A DNA stretch of 64,000 nt from Bacteriovoracia bacterium (GCA_050251055.1 JBFWNL010000003.1:32001-96000), one strand, 5' to 3'. Shown: positions 41,085-52,129, counted from the first letter of the stretch. Numbers and translations are program-made. The notes: generated from the sequence alone by a model not told the origin.

Positions 41085-43154
41085 ATGAAAAAATTCCCGA
41101 CTTTCAAGGCGTTCCTCTGCTCATCCCTCACGGCCATCGCTGGGCTAGCGCTTAGCCACGCGGCACGGGCCACGATCAATCCGATCTCCGATGCGGAAGA
41201 CAAGCGGGACCCCAAGGCCGGGGCGCTGATTCACGCGGTGAGTTCGACGTCCGCGACGGAACGAGCCCGGGCCGCGCTGGCCCTGGGTCGCATTCTAAAA
41301 CCCGAAGGCATCGACCCGCTCTTCACGTTGCTTTCGGATAAGCGATCGGACGTACACGTCGGCGCGATTTTCTCGTTGGGACAGTTGGGTTGGCAGCCTG
41401 AATTCAATGCCGGCCGCGACGGAGAAATACTCGAAAGGCTCAAGCCCAGCCTCCGTGACCCGGCCGCCACGATCCGGGCCGCGGCGACCGAAGCCGTGGG
41501 CAAGCTGGCCTTGGAGCGGACTCCGGAAATCGTAACTCCGCTCTTGGGAGACCGATCGCCCGAGGTCCGCGCCGAAGCCGTGATGGCCCTCATGCGCGCA
41601 CGCCTCATCGCCAAGCTCCGTGCCCTGCCTCCACCCGCCGACCTTCCGGAGTCCGTGATTACCCACCTCGGTCAGATGGCTAGCGATCCCGATGCGCGCG
41701 TACGGCGAAACGTGGCCTATTTCTTCGCCCGCTTCAAGGATCTGCGCGGCGAACCCCTGCTGCTGAAGCTAGCAAAGACGGTCGGAAAACCAGGGGCTGA
41801 AAGCAGGGACGACGAGGCGCTGCGGATGTTTATTGCCCAGGCCTTAGGCAAGTCGGGCCGGGCGGAAAACGCAGCGACGCGGGAGGCCCTAGAAAAACTC
41901 GCGCGCGATGCCCGTTATCCGGTTCGCCTGGCCGCCGTGGGCGCCCTCACTACCTTGCACGCCAAAGCGGCCTGGCCCAAGGGATTGGTAATCCGTCTCG
42001 TCCACGACTCATCCAAGCACGTGCGCGCCGCCACGGCCGCCTATTTAGGCGAAAGCCCGCATGCGGAAGCCGAGGCTTGGTTAGCCGAACTCCGGACGGA
42101 TACCTCTATTCAAGTGCAGGCCGCCGCCATGAAGGCGCTCGCCCTTCGCAAGCGCGAACAAGCCCTCGAAATCATCCAGGCCGCCGCCCGCAGTCCGCAC
42201 TGGCCGGTCCGCATCGCCGCGCTCGAGGCCAGCGACGGGATGAAGGGCCAGGAAACCTTTGCTCTAAGCTTGCGCAAGGACGCCGACGTCAGGGTCCGTG
42301 CGCAGGCGCTCGGCACGCTCGCCAAGCTCGAAACCGAAACCGCCTACGATGCGATCGTGGCGGCGCTCGGATCGACCGAGCTCGCCGAGCGCGGTTCGGC
42401 GGTCGATGCGTTGGCCGAACGCAAGGAAAGCGACGTCGCGGAGAATGCCTGGAAATGCTACCAGGCGTGTTTGCAAGACCAGGCGCTCGCGGCTACGCCG
42501 ACGAAGTGGAACGAAGTAAAAGAAAATCTCACGGATCTCATCGCCAAAACGCCGGGCGATACCACGACGGGCTATCTGAAGAAAATCGCGCAAGACCCGC
42601 ACGCCATGGCCGCGATCAAAGCCCTGCGTGCGCTCAAGGAACGCGGCGTAAACGACTTACCGGAACCGCCAACGCCCCAGCTAACCTATAGCCCCTATCG
42701 GGACCTCGTCTTCAAACGAAATCCCATCGTACGCATGAAGACGACCCGTGGCTTGATTCGGATGGAAGTATTCGCGAGCCAAGATGGCCAAGGGGCGCCG
42801 ATACACGCGGCGAACTTCATCGGACAAGTGAAGGCGAAGCTCTATGACGGCTTGGCTTGGCACCGGGTCGTGCCGAATTTCGTGATTCAGGGCGGCGACC
42901 CTGACGGTACCGGCTGGGGCGACGCGGGGTATTCCGTGCGCGCCGAGATCAATCATCGGCGTTTTCGGCGCGGCACGCTCGCCATGCCTCGCTCGGCGGG
43001 TTTCGACACGGGAGGCGTACAGATTTTCATTGATCACGTACCCACCCCGCACCTCGATGGGCAGTATACTGTCTTCGGACAAGTGATCGACGGCGCGGCG
43101 GTGATCGACGAGATCGAGATGGGCGACCGGATCCTCCAGGCGACGGTGGAATAA
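41085..43154 (+). CDS. HEAT-repeat protein with C-terminal cyclophilin-type peptidyl-prolyl isomerase
   Basis: Signal peptide; many VRxxAxxAL repeats; HRVVPNFVIQGGDP and PHLDGQYTVFGQV. Confidence 0.9.
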   Translation: MKKFPTFKAFLCSSLTAIAGLALSHAARATINPISDAEDKRDPKAGALIHAVSSTSATERARAALALGRILKPEGIDPLFTLLSDKRSDVHVGAIFSLGQLGWQPEFNAGRDGEILERLKPSLRDPAATIRAAATEAVGKLALERTPEIVTPLLGDRSPEVRAEAVMALMRARLIAKLRALPPPADLPESVITHLGQMASDPDARVRRNVAYFFARFKDLRGEPLLLKLAKTVGKPGAESRDDEALRMFIAQALGKSGRAENAATREALEKLARDARYPVRLAAVGALTTLHAKAAWPKGLVIRLVHDSSKHVRAATAAYLGESPHAEAEAWLAELRTDTSIQVQAAAMKALALRKREQALEIIQAAARSPHWPVRIAALEASDGMKGQETFALSLRKDADVRVRAQALGTLAKLETETAYDAIVAALGSTELAERGSAVDALAERKESDVAENAWKCYQACLQDQALAATPTKWNEVKENLTDLIAKTPGDTTTGYLKKIAQDPHAMAAIKALRALKERGVNDLPEPPTPQLTYSPYRDLVFKRNPIVRMKTTRGLIRMEVFASQDGQGAPIHAANFIGQVKAKLYDGLAWHRVVPNFVIQGGDPDGTGWGDAGYSVRAEINHRRFRRGTLAMPRSAGFDTGGVQIFIDHVPTPHLDGQYTVFGQVIDGAAVIDEIEMGDRILQATVE

Positions 43155-43161
43155 CCAAGCC

Positions 43162-44076
43162 TTACTTCGCGGTCGGAGGCGGAGAGAACCCGAACACTTT
43201 GGCGGCGTTGTCGTGGAAGACCGCCTGCCAGTGCTCCTTCGGAATCGCGCGCTTGAACGCCTCGATATACGAGCCCATGTCGGTGAGCGCCCAGTCCGTG
43301 CCGTACATGAGCTTCGAAGGATTCTCCAGATAACCAAACACCCAGGCGAGCGGCTGCACGACGTAGGCGTCGACCTTGTCTTTGGGGGATTTGGACAAAT
43401 CCCCGATGAGCAGGGCCGAGCCATCCAGGTACACGTTGGGGTTCTTGTACGCGACTTCCGCGGCGGACTGGATCCACGGATTTCCGCAATGGGCGATCAC
43501 GAAGTTCACATCCGGAAAATCCACGGCGACTTCGTCCACGGTCAGCGGATCTGCGTACTTGAGCTTGCCTTTCACGCTATAGGTGTCACCGGTGTGGAAA
43601 ACTACCGGCACTTTATACTTCCGCGCCAACCGATAGAGCGGCCGGTAAGCCGCATCGTAGGCATACCGATAGACGTACCCGAGATAAATTTTAATGCAGG
43701 AGTAATCGCCCGCTTTCAACCCGCGCTCGATGCCGGCGACGTCCACCTTCATGGCCACGCCCGCGCAGAACTTCACCTGCTTGCGCTTCAAGGAAGCGTC
43801 GAAACCGCGCCGATGATCCTGGCCGGTCATGGAAACCGCGCCCACCACGCCGTGTTTGTCCATCTCTTTGAACAGCTGTTCGGCAGAATTCACGATGCCG
43901 CTGGCGGCATCGGGCTTACCGTCGAAATCGGTGTGAATATGGGCGTCGATAATGCCCGGGGAAATACCCGAAGCGCCCTCCGCGCCGACCACGGGTCGGC
44001 TGAAAAATGAATATGCACCCAAAACGGTGGCTCCGATCGCAAGCCCCGTCATCCACCAACGCCTTGATTGATTCAT
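43162..44076 (-). CDS. Amidohydrolase_2 family metal-dependent hydrolase, possibly Tat-exported
   Basis: IIDAHIH, VVFHTG, VIAHCGNP, MYGTDW; N-terminal SRRWW. Confidence 0.85.
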   Translation of the reverse strand: MNQSRRWWMTGLAIGATVLGAYSFFSRPVVGAEGASGISPGIIDAHIHTDFDGKPDAASGIVNSAEQLFKEMDKHGVVGAVSMTGQDHRRGFDASLKRKQVKFCAGVAMKVDVAGIERGLKAGDYSCIKIYLGYVYRYAYDAAYRPLYRLARKYKVPVVFHTGDTYSVKGKLKYADPLTVDEVAVDFPDVNFVIAHCGNPWIQSAAEVAYKNPNVYLDGSALLIGDLSKSPKDKVDAYVVQPLAWVFGYLENPSKLMYGTDWALTDMGSYIEAFKRAIPKEHWQAVFHDNAAKVFGFSPPPTAK

Positions 44077-44132
44077 GGGCTGGTCATCGCACGGGCTACG
44101 GACCCACGCAACCCTCTCGGGCGTATCGCTCG

Positions 44133-44921
44133 CTAAGTAGTTTTGGTTTCTTGATACTTTCTCACGGCCTCGGTCGTGAGTCGGCGCGGCATAAACCGTA
44201 CAGCAAACTGAATGAACTTATTGGGCGCCCCGTGAATAGCCACCCCTTGGCCGCGCATCATCGCGGCGTAACCATACTTCGCTACGTCCGCCGAACTCGG
44301 CAGACGTCGCCCTTTGACGAGCTTGGATTGAGTGAGATTGGCCGCGGCTTGAAAACCCGAGATCGTGGGCCCCGGGCAAAGGGTGGTGACCGTCACGCCG
44401 GTCCCCTTGAGCTCGTTGGCGATGGCCTCGGAAAAATGCAGCACATAAGCTTTGGTCGCGTAGTATACCGACATCAAGGGTCCTGGCTGAAATGCCGCCG
44501 TGGATGCCACGTTCATGATCCGACCCTGTTTGCGCTTCAACATGCCGGGCAGGCAGAGCTTGGTGAGCTGGGTCAGTGCCGTGATGTTGAGCTGAATCAT
44601 CTCCGCCTCCCGCTCCCAAGGCGTGTCTTTAAACTCCCCGAACTCGCCGAAACCCGCGTTGTTCACCAGGATATCCAAGGCGATCCCCTTCTGGTCGAGA
44701 TCGGCCATCACCTGGGCCGCCATGTCGGGCTTGGCCAAATCGCGCGCCAGGACATCGACCCCCACCCCGTACCGAGCCGCGAGGTCACCAGCCAACTCCT
44801 TCAACTTTCCTTCGCTACGGGCGACCAGTACCAGCGAATGGCCATCTTTCGCCAGGATCCCCGCCAGTTCCCAGCCGATTCCGCTTGAAGCGCCCGTGAT
44901 CAATGCCCAGCTTTTTTTCAT
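44133..44921 (-). CDS. Short-chain dehydrogenase/reductase (DltE-like)
   Basis: TGASSGIG, NNAGFG, YYATK, LCPGPT. Confidence 0.92.
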   Translation of the reverse strand: MKKSWALITGASSGIGWELAGILAKDGHSLVLVARSEGKLKELAGDLAARYGVGVDVLARDLAKPDMAAQVMADLDQKGIALDILVNNAGFGEFGEFKDTPWEREAEMIQLNITALTQLTKLCLPGMLKRKQGRIMNVASTAAFQPGPLMSVYYATKAYVLHFSEAIANELKGTGVTVTTLCPGPTISGFQAAANLTQSKLVKGRRLPSSADVAKYGYAAMMRGQGVAIHGAPNKFIQFAVRFMPRRLTTEAVRKYQETKTT

Positions 44922-44968
44922 ATTTTCCTCGTTTACGCGGCTTTACCACGAAGCTACTCTGGCGCGAG

Positions 44969-45466
44969 ATGAAAATACGTCGCGCCACCCCCGAAGACGA
45001 TATCCGCATCGGCGATTTGCTCGTAGAATCCTTCCTTTACACGTACGGCCGCAAAATGCCCGAAGTCGTGGTGACGGAATCCCGCAAAAGTGACTTGCGC
45101 GCCGTGGCGGCCAAGCGGGAAACGGCCGGGGTCTTAGTGGCCGAACGCGATGGCGAGCTCATCGGGACGGTGAGCATCTTCCGGCCCGGGGATGCGACTT
45201 CGCGAGCCTGGACCCCGAACACCGTGGACCTGCGCTACATGGCGGTCGCCCCCCGCCACCAAGGCCAAGGCGTTTCGCGCGCTCTGCTGGACGCCGCCGT
45301 GGCGCTCGCGCGCGAATGGCAAGGTTCCTACATCTGCTTGCATGTGCGCCGGGGCGCGACCGGAGTCGCGCGGACTTACACGAGCTACGGATTTGGTCGC
45401 CAGCCCGAAGGAGACGCGGATCTCTTGCCCGAAATTTTTCTCGAGGCATATCTGCTGAAGCTATAA
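44969..45466 (+). CDS. GNAT N-acetyltransferase
   Basis: IRRATPED; MAVAPRHQGQGVSRALL motif A. Confidence 0.85.
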   Translation: MKIRRATPEDDIRIGDLLVESFLYTYGRKMPEVVVTESRKSDLRAVAAKRETAGVLVAERDGELIGTVSIFRPGDATSRAWTPNTVDLRYMAVAPRHQGQGVSRALLDAAVALAREWQGSYICLHVRRGATGVARTYTSYGFGRQPEGDADLLPEIFLEAYLLKL

Positions 45467-45469
45467 TCG

Positions 45470-46651
45470 ATGAACGCACCCTCGATCTTCCGTCGTAGCC
45501 TTCCCGTCACGGTCACCTCGTTCATCAACCGCACCGGCAGCATCGGCCTCAGCATCATTCCCGTGATTCTGGTCGAGCGGCAGTTCTCCAGCCACGACTC
45601 GGCCTGGATCATGGGCTTCGTGAAAGCAGGCGGACTATTGGGTATCTGGCTGGGAGGTTGGTGCTGCGATCGGCTGGGCTTGCGACGAACCCTATTGCTA
45701 TCATTCGCGCTTTCGGCCGTCGGCCTGGCACCCATTCCCTTCGCGGTGTCCGCGGGCGCGCTCGCAGGCTTCGCGTTCATCGCACAGCTGGGCAACGCGT
45801 TCTATCCCACCTCGGCGCGACTGCTCATCACCCAGCTCGTGGAACCGGGTGAACGGCGCGAGGCCATCGGCTGGCAGCGCACGGCGAACAACTCCGCCCA
45901 GATCGTGGCCTACTCCCTCGGTGCGTTCCTGGGAAAATTTGGAAGCGCGGTCTTAATCTGGTTTGATGCGCTCACGGCGCTCGCCGCAAGCATCGTCGGC
46001 ACGAAATTATTGCCCCAAGTTTCGACCGCTCAACGTCCCACGACCGAAGGCGGGCGACCGGGTACTTACGGACGCTTCCTGGTTTGCACGGCGATCACCG
46101 CGGTTTTCATTTTCCTATACGAGCTCTACATGACGGCCGCCGCCGCCCAGTGCCGTATCTTGTTTGGGGCGGAAGGACTTTCCGTCTTTTCCCAGATGAT
46201 GGTCATTAATACTATTTTCTGCGCAAGCCTCTCGCTTTTCGCCGCTCGACACCTCACCAATCCCGCCCGCGCCCTACCCGTGGGCATGCTGCTCACCGGG
46301 CTTGGGCTCATCGCCACCTTTGGCGTGTCGGAACCCTCGCGATTCACTTTCTACCTGGGTAACTTTTTACTGACGATTGGCGAAATCGTGTTCAACGCTT
46401 TGGCGGGCCTAGTGCTGATTCAGCTCACCCCCCCTGGCAAGAAACAGGGGCAAAACTACGGGTTTGCGATGCTCATCAACTACATTGCTCGGGTGGCTGG
46501 CGCGGCGGCCGCGTTTCCGTGGGTGGTAAACGCCTCTCATCCCCTGATTACCGTGACCATCGGTACGGCTCTGGGAGTTGCGCTTTGCCTTTTGGCGCGT
46601 CGGATTTTGGCGGAAACCCAGGATTTAAAGACGGCGCCCGCGTCTCCCTAA
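45470..46651 (+). CDS. MFS transporter
   Basis: FINRTG, GGWCCDRLGLR motif A, about 12 TM segments. Confidence 0.85.
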   Translation: MNAPSIFRRSLPVTVTSFINRTGSIGLSIIPVILVERQFSSHDSAWIMGFVKAGGLLGIWLGGWCCDRLGLRRTLLLSFALSAVGLAPIPFAVSAGALAGFAFIAQLGNAFYPTSARLLITQLVEPGERREAIGWQRTANNSAQIVAYSLGAFLGKFGSAVLIWFDALTALAASIVGTKLLPQVSTAQRPTTEGGRPGTYGRFLVCTAITAVFIFLYELYMTAAAAQCRILFGAEGLSVFSQMMVINTIFCASLSLFAARHLTNPARALPVGMLLTGLGLIATFGVSEPSRFTFYLGNFLLTIGEIVFNALAGLVLIQLTPPGKKQGQNYGFAMLINYIARVAGAAAAFPWVVNASHPLITVTIGTALGVALCLLARRILAETQDLKTAPASP

Positions 46652-46701
46652 CCCATTCCTTATTTGACGGGCTTTTTCGGCAGATAGTAGGAATAGGGTA
46701 T

Positions 46702-48243
46702 ATGAAAAAAACCCACTTTTTCGCGTTTACGTTTGCTGGGCTGCTCATCTCCACCGCGCTCGGTCTCAGCTGCGCGACCACCCCCAAATCCAACCCTTCG
46801 AACGGCCGCCCCGATCATCTGGTCTTTCTGGTTTTCGATGCCATGCGCCCGGACTACATCGATCGCTTCGAAATGAAGAACTTTCAGAAACTCCGCGCGC
46901 AGTCCCGCGCCTACACCCAGGCGCGCCTAGGCTACCTGGGCGCGGAAACCGTCGTCACCCACTCGGTGCTGGGAACGGGACTGCCACCACGCGACCTTCC
47001 TTGGCAGGACAACGACTACTTTGACCGCGATGGCAAGTTAGGCGTGCCCGGAAAGTTTTACTCTCTGACCGATGTGGGCCTGCCGGAATTCACCCGCCTG
47101 CAGTCGGAAATTCCACGTGAACGATTCCTCGTCCATGCGCTAAAGGAAAAGTTCGATCGGAAAGTCTTTTCCGCAGGCTCCAAAGGATATGCCGCGATGA
47201 TTTTCGGAACGCCCCACGCCGACGCTATCGTCACGATGAAAAAAGTGGGCGAGCGCTGCGTGCCGGCTGGGCGCAATGTCCCTTCGTATATTTCGCAAGC
47301 CCCCCGTTTCGAGGTCGACTGTAGCCAGGCCTATGGCACCGAAAGCACCTACTACCCGATCGACGGCGCCCATTACGTTCCGGGCGCCGACGCCCAGCAT
47401 GCCGGCGGCGACGTCTGGACCGCCGACGTGGCCGAGCAGATCATCCGCCGGGAAGAATGGTCGGGCCTCTTTCTCACCTTTGGCGGCATCGACAAGGTTG
47501 CCCATATGCTGGGCGAGCAGGACGGAAAACGTCCCGAACCCGCATTGGCGGTTGAAACCGAGTATGATCTACGCAAAGTCTGCGAGATCGCCGACGCCCA
47601 GCTCGGGCGCGTGCTCGCGACCATTGAGGATGCGGGCCTGAAAGATCGCACGCTCGTCGTCGTGACCGCCGACCACGGCGGTCAATCGAACTACCACTAC
47701 CTGGGCGTCGGGCGCAGCGCGAAGGTGGGTCGCGCCGAATCGGCCGCGTCGTCCAAGTGGGTGCAGTCGTACGCGAAACTTCCCGAGGTCCAGTATACTT
47801 TTCAAGACTCCGCCGTGCGCTTGTGGCTAAAAGAACCGAAGGCCACCGAAGAATACAAAAGCGTAGTCACGGCCATGAGCAAAGTCCCCGGCATGGTGGA
47901 GGTTTACCGAAAGCACCGGGGCGATCCCGGCGAAGGCGGTGGGTGGACTTACCGGAAGGTTTTCTCGCGCTTGCGCACCCAGCCCAAAAAGTTCCGACGC
48001 TGGGCGGAGTCGAATTACTCCGACATGCTTCATCAGTATGCCAGCGAGAACGGCCCGGATCTCGTGGGCCTTACCGCCGATAACACTGGCTTTGATTTAT
48101 TGGGAGACCACGGGGGTTTGCAGGAAAACGTGCAGCGCGTGCCTCTTTTTATTCGCGTACCGGGGGAAGCGCCCAGCTCGCCATCCACACCGATTCGTTC
48201 GTTCGAGATCAAGGCGCAGATCGTGGAGGCGATGGGGTTTTAG
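46702..48243 (+). CDS. Alkaline phosphatase superfamily (nucleotide pyrophosphatase/phosphodiesterase) lipoprotein
   Basis: LSC lipobox; FDAMRPDY, ETVVTH, DKVAH, VTADHG, GDHGG. Confidence 0.85.
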   Translation: MKKTHFFAFTFAGLLISTALGLSCATTPKSNPSNGRPDHLVFLVFDAMRPDYIDRFEMKNFQKLRAQSRAYTQARLGYLGAETVVTHSVLGTGLPPRDLPWQDNDYFDRDGKLGVPGKFYSLTDVGLPEFTRLQSEIPRERFLVHALKEKFDRKVFSAGSKGYAAMIFGTPHADAIVTMKKVGERCVPAGRNVPSYISQAPRFEVDCSQAYGTESTYYPIDGAHYVPGADAQHAGGDVWTADVAEQIIRREEWSGLFLTFGGIDKVAHMLGEQDGKRPEPALAVETEYDLRKVCEIADAQLGRVLATIEDAGLKDRTLVVVTADHGGQSNYHYLGVGRSAKVGRAESAASSKWVQSYAKLPEVQYTFQDSAVRLWLKEPKATEEYKSVVTAMSKVPGMVEVYRKHRGDPGEGGGWTYRKVFSRLRTQPKKFRRWAESNYSDMLHQYASENGPDLVGLTADNTGFDLLGDHGGLQENVQRVPLFIRVPGEAPSSPSTPIRSFEIKAQIVEAMGF

Positions 48244-48770
48244 AGAGTTTTCACGAACACGATATCCACCCGGTCCTTTGTCGTGATCCGAAACGGCGAA
48301 TAACCCACGCGCGCGTAGCCCAGCTTCTCGTAAAACCGGATGGCGGCAACATTCGTTTCCAAACAACAAAGCCAGATTCGTGCTAAACCCTGCGCGCGCG
48401 CGTCCATCTCCGCTTGCCGCATCAGCTGGCGGCCCGCACCGCATCCCTGCGCGTCGGCATCGACGTAAATACGAAAGAGATGCAAAGCGGGATCCACCCC
48501 CGCCACCGGGGCCAGGTAACCCTGGCGTAAATAGAGATACGCGATCAATCGCTCGCCTTGCCACGCACCGTAAAAGCGGTGACGGGAGTCCTCAATCTCG
48601 GCCGCGAACTGCGCGGGTTGATAAGCGGAGCGAATACGGGTTTCGATCTCATCCGGATCCAGCAGTCCATGGTAGGCCGTGGCAAAACAACGCGCGGCGA
48701 GCTCGGAAACCGCGATCGCATCGTCTGCGCGTAGGGGACGGATTTGCAACGGGGGCCTCGACATGTTCAA
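48240..48770 (-). CDS. GNAT N-acetyltransferase (PaiA-like)
   Basis: RIYVDADAQGCGAG, NVAAIRFYEKLGY. Confidence 0.85.
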   Translation of the reverse strand: MNMSRPPLQIRPLRADDAIAVSELAARCFATAYHGLLDPDEIETRIRSAYQPAQFAAEIEDSRHRFYGAWQGERLIAYLYLRQGYLAPVAGVDPALHLFRIYVDADAQGCGAGRQLMRQAEMDARAQGLARIWLCCLETNVAAIRFYEKLGYARVGYSPFRITTKDRVDIVFVKTL

Positions 48771-48776
48771 AGCACT

Positions 48777-50642
48777 CTATCTCAGGATCGGGGGAACCGG
48801 AACGCCCAGGACCAGGCTCGCGCCACGAAAAACCTCGGCTTCGCCCTCCAGCACCTGACGGTCGAAAATCACGCACTCCACCGCCCCGGCGAGCACTCTC
48901 TCCTTCCAAGCGGGGGGCAGTTGCTTGAGGTGGACCAGGTGACGCTCCAGCGATTCAAACGTGAGCGCTTCCTTACCCGCCGTACCCGTATACTTCTGAG
49001 TGCTCACTTTAGCGTATGCGCGCTGGAAGGCCTCGTTTCGGTCGGATGGGGACATCTGGCTTTGGCCCAGTAACCAGCGATAAAGAATCACGACGCTATC
49101 GACCCGGGATGCGATCGTGATCTCGCTCCGCCGCCCGGGGTTCAGGCCTCGCCCCGGAAACAAACTGTGCTTCAGCACCAGGAGCAAAACGGCCTCGAAA
49201 TGCGTCGCGCGCTGATCCCGACGAATCGCCGCCTCGATCTCCCGGACGATGGCTTCTTTCCGCGGGGTTGCCGCCACTTGCTTGAGCGTCCGTAGCGCCA
49301 AGCTCAAGAGCTCGATGCGGCCCCCATGCTCGGCGGTGAATTGGGAGATCGCGCCACTAAGATGCGAATACTTGGCCTCCAGCGATTCTCCCACGAGCGC
49401 GCGTAAGACGGCGTGGCTGCCGTCGACGGTCTCCATCGCCTTGCGCAATCCATAGGGTATGGCGGCGGCGAATGCATGCCCATAATGATGCTGGGTTGGG
49501 CTGATCTCGCCAATCGATTTCATGACCCGCACCGCGAAGGAGGCGCCCTCGGTCGGCGGCTCCTGCGCTTCGAGCATCGACAACGTGGGATGGCTGGCTT
49601 CTAACTGCTGGTTCCAGCGGGCTTTTGCGGAGTTTTCGTCAAGATAGCGAGGATCGAGCACGCGAATTCGCGATTCAAAGGACGGATGGGAGGAAAACAG
49701 TCCCGAAAACCAGCTCGATACGGCTTCCGCGAAAAAGAAGTGACTCGTCGTCATCGCATAAGGCGCGGAAACCGCCGATCCCGGTCCGTACAAGACTTTA
49801 CTCAACGCCGAAGCCAGCGCCCCAGGGTTGCGCGTGAACTGAGCACCGGACGCATCGGCCAAACGCTCGCGCGTGCGTGAAACCGCGGCTTGCAGCACCC
49901 GCGCGAAAAGCACGCCCAACCAACCCAAAACCAAAAGCACAAGTCCGATCGCGACCACGCCGCCGTGTCCACCCCGCCCCCTTCTCCGACGCCCGGAGGA
50001 GCCTCCACGCAGCAGAAAGCGCCCGGCTTCCGCCAGGAATAGGAAGCCGGAAACGGCTCCCGTTAAACGCAGGTTCAGGCGCATGTCTCCATTGAGGATG
50101 TGACTGAACTCGTGGGCAATGACGGCTTGTAGTTCATCGCGACTCCAGTACTGCACGGCACCGGCCGTCACTCCGATCGCGGCGCGCTCGAGATCAAAAC
50201 CGGCGGCGAAAGCGTTCAGCCCGGCTTCGGAGGGTAACAGGAAGATGGCCGGCATCGGCACGCCCGAGGCAATCGACATCTCTTCGACTACGTTCAGAAG
50301 CTTTCGCTCATTTGGATCTTGGGTATCCGGCGCTACCCGTATCCCGCCAAGCTTTTCGGCTATTCCCTCGCCGCTTTTGCCCATCATCCAAATACGGACG
50401 AGCGTAACCCCGCCGATGATCGCGGCCACCAGGGCCGAGAGCTGGAGAAACCATACCCTACCACCCGAAGAAAGCGCGTAACCCTCCGACGTACCCACCA
50501 CGAAATTCACGCCTTGCATCCCCAACGCCGCCAGCATCCCCAGCGCGACGATGGCGCTAAAGGCGGCGGTAAAGAGCAGGAAGAGGCCCACGAGGATAAC
50601 GGAGCTTCGCCGGGCGGCGCGCTGGTGCTCGAAGAATTGCAT
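48777..50642 (-). CDS. M48 family (HtpX-like) membrane zinc metallopeptidase
   Basis: NVVEEMSIASG, NAFAAG, AHEFSH, SRTRERLAD, SHP; downstream of lemA. Confidence 0.9.
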   Translation of the reverse strand: MQFFEHQRAARRSSVILVGLFLLFTAAFSAIVALGMLAALGMQGVNFVVGTSEGYALSSGGRVWFLQLSALVAAIIGGVTLVRIWMMGKSGEGIAEKLGGIRVAPDTQDPNERKLLNVVEEMSIASGVPMPAIFLLPSEAGLNAFAAGFDLERAAIGVTAGAVQYWSRDELQAVIAHEFSHILNGDMRLNLRLTGAVSGFLFLAEAGRFLLRGGSSGRRRRGRGGHGGVVAIGLVLLVLGWLGVLFARVLQAAVSRTRERLADASGAQFTRNPGALASALSKVLYGPGSAVSAPYAMTTSHFFFAEAVSSWFSGLFSSHPSFESRIRVLDPRYLDENSAKARWNQQLEASHPTLSMLEAQEPPTEGASFAVRVMKSIGEISPTQHHYGHAFAAAIPYGLRKAMETVDGSHAVLRALVGESLEAKYSHLSGAISQFTAEHGGRIELLSLALRTLKQVAATPRKEAIVREIEAAIRRDQRATHFEAVLLLVLKHSLFPGRGLNPGRRSEITIASRVDSVVILYRWLLGQSQMSPSDRNEAFQRAYAKVSTQKYTGTAGKEALTFESLERHLVHLKQLPPAWKERVLAGAVECVIFDRQVLEGEAEVFRGASLVLGVPVPPILR

Positions 50643-50647
50643 GGCGC

Positions 50648-51235
50648 TTACGCGCTAAAGCTCACACGGACCGGCTCTTTTTCGGCCGGATTGGCGATTT
50701 CATAAGAGGTCGCCGGCTGAAACCCTAGGCCTGCGGCAAAGAGATTGATGGGAAAACCTTCGCGCGCATTATTGTAATGCATGACCGCGTCGTTGTAGGC
50801 TTGCCGCGCGAACGAAACCCGATTCTCGGTGCTCGCGAGCTCCTCCATCAACTGACCCATATTTTGGTTCGCCTTCAAATCGGGATAGGCTTCCGCCAAA
50901 GCCACGAGCCGACCGAGCGACTGGCCCAGCGCGCTTTCCGCGCCGATCAACTCCTGCATGGCGCGCGCATCCGCCGGGTTCGCCGCCGCCCGTCCGGCGG
51001 CACTCGCCGCGGAGTTGCGCGCGCGGATCACGGCCTCGAGCGCCTCCCGTTCGTGCTTCATATAGGCTTTGACCGTCTCTACCAGGTTTGGAATCAGATC
51101 ATAGCGGCGCTTGAGCTGGACATCGATCTGGGAGAACGCGTTTTTAAACTGGTTTCGCAGCCGGATCAGTTGGTTGTAGGAAACAATCCCAAACACTACC
51201 GCGAGACCTATAATCGCCAAAATAATGACGGACAT
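50648..51235 (-). CDS. lemA: LemA family protein
   Basis: IDVQLKRRYDLIPNLV, EAYPDLKANQN, ARQAYNDAV; GGAGG RBS. Confidence 0.93.
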   Translation of the reverse strand: MSVIILAIIGLAVVFGIVSYNQLIRLRNQFKNAFSQIDVQLKRRYDLIPNLVETVKAYMKHEREALEAVIRARNSAASAAGRAAANPADARAMQELIGAESALGQSLGRLVALAEAYPDLKANQNMGQLMEELASTENRVSFARQAYNDAVMHYNNAREGFPINLFAAGLGFQPATSYEIANPAEKEPVRVSFSA

Positions 51236-51325
51236 GTGCACGCCTCCTCCGAATCTGATTCGATTCCACGATTCTAGCCTGGGCGAAGGGCGCGAACAAG
51301 CCCCGCGACGACCCCGCTTTGGCAA

Positions 51326-52129
51326 TTGACCGGCGAAACCACGGCAAGGTTAAATAGGCGCATGATCCTCATCACGGGAGCCAGCAGTGGGATCGGCGAA
51401 GCGTGCGCCCGCGCGTTCGCCGCGGACAAACGCAGCCTCCTCCTAGTCGCCCGACGAAAAGAGCGGCTCGACCGCCTGGGGGATGAGCTTCGCCAGCAAC
51501 ACGGTATCGAATGCGCGTCGTTTGGGCTCGACGTAAGAGACCGACCGGCCCTAGAGGCCTGGGCGAAGACCAACGCCTCGCTGCTCTCCCGGGTCACCGT
51601 CCTCATTAACAGCGCGGGACTCGCGCGCGGCCGCGAGGCCATTCAGGACGGCAAGCTCGAGGACTGGGACGAGATGATCGACACGAACGTGAAGGCCCTG
51701 CTGCATATGACGAAGCTCGTGCTCCCTTTTCTACTCGCGCGCCAAGATGGGAAGGGCACCCCGATCGGACACATCATTAACCTGGGTTCGGTAGCCGGCC
51801 GCTGGGCCTACCCCGCCGGTAACGTCTACGCCGCTAGCAAGTTTGCGATCAACGGCCTCTCCCAAGGGATGCGGCTGGATTTGCTCGGCACCGGCGTCAA
51901 GGTGACGGAAATCCTTCCCGGCATGGTCGAAACGGAATTCTCCAACGTGCGGTTTCGTGACGATCGCAAAGCCAAGGCCGCTTACGCCGGCATGACTCCA
52001 TTGACGGGCGCGGACGTGGCGGAAGCGATTCGCTGGGCGGTAAACCTGCCGGCGCATGTGCAGATCCACGAGATCGTGCTCACCTCGTCGGACCAGGCCA
52101 GCGCGGCCAACGTTTTTCGTCGCACTTAA
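51326..52129 (+). CDS. NADP-dependent 3-hydroxy acid dehydrogenase (YdfG-like SDR)
   Basis: TGASSGIG, AGLARG, WDEMIDTNVK, YAASK, PGMVETEFSNVRF. Confidence 0.88.
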   Translation: MTGETTARLNRRMILITGASSGIGEACARAFAADKRSLLLVARRKERLDRLGDELRQQHGIECASFGLDVRDRPALEAWAKTNASLLSRVTVLINSAGLARGREAIQDGKLEDWDEMIDTNVKALLHMTKLVLPFLLARQDGKGTPIGHIINLGSVAGRWAYPAGNVYAASKFAINGLSQGMRLDLLGTGVKVTEILPGMVETEFSNVRFRDDRKAKAAYAGMTPLTGADVAEAIRWAVNLPAHVQIHEIVLTSSDQASAANVFRRT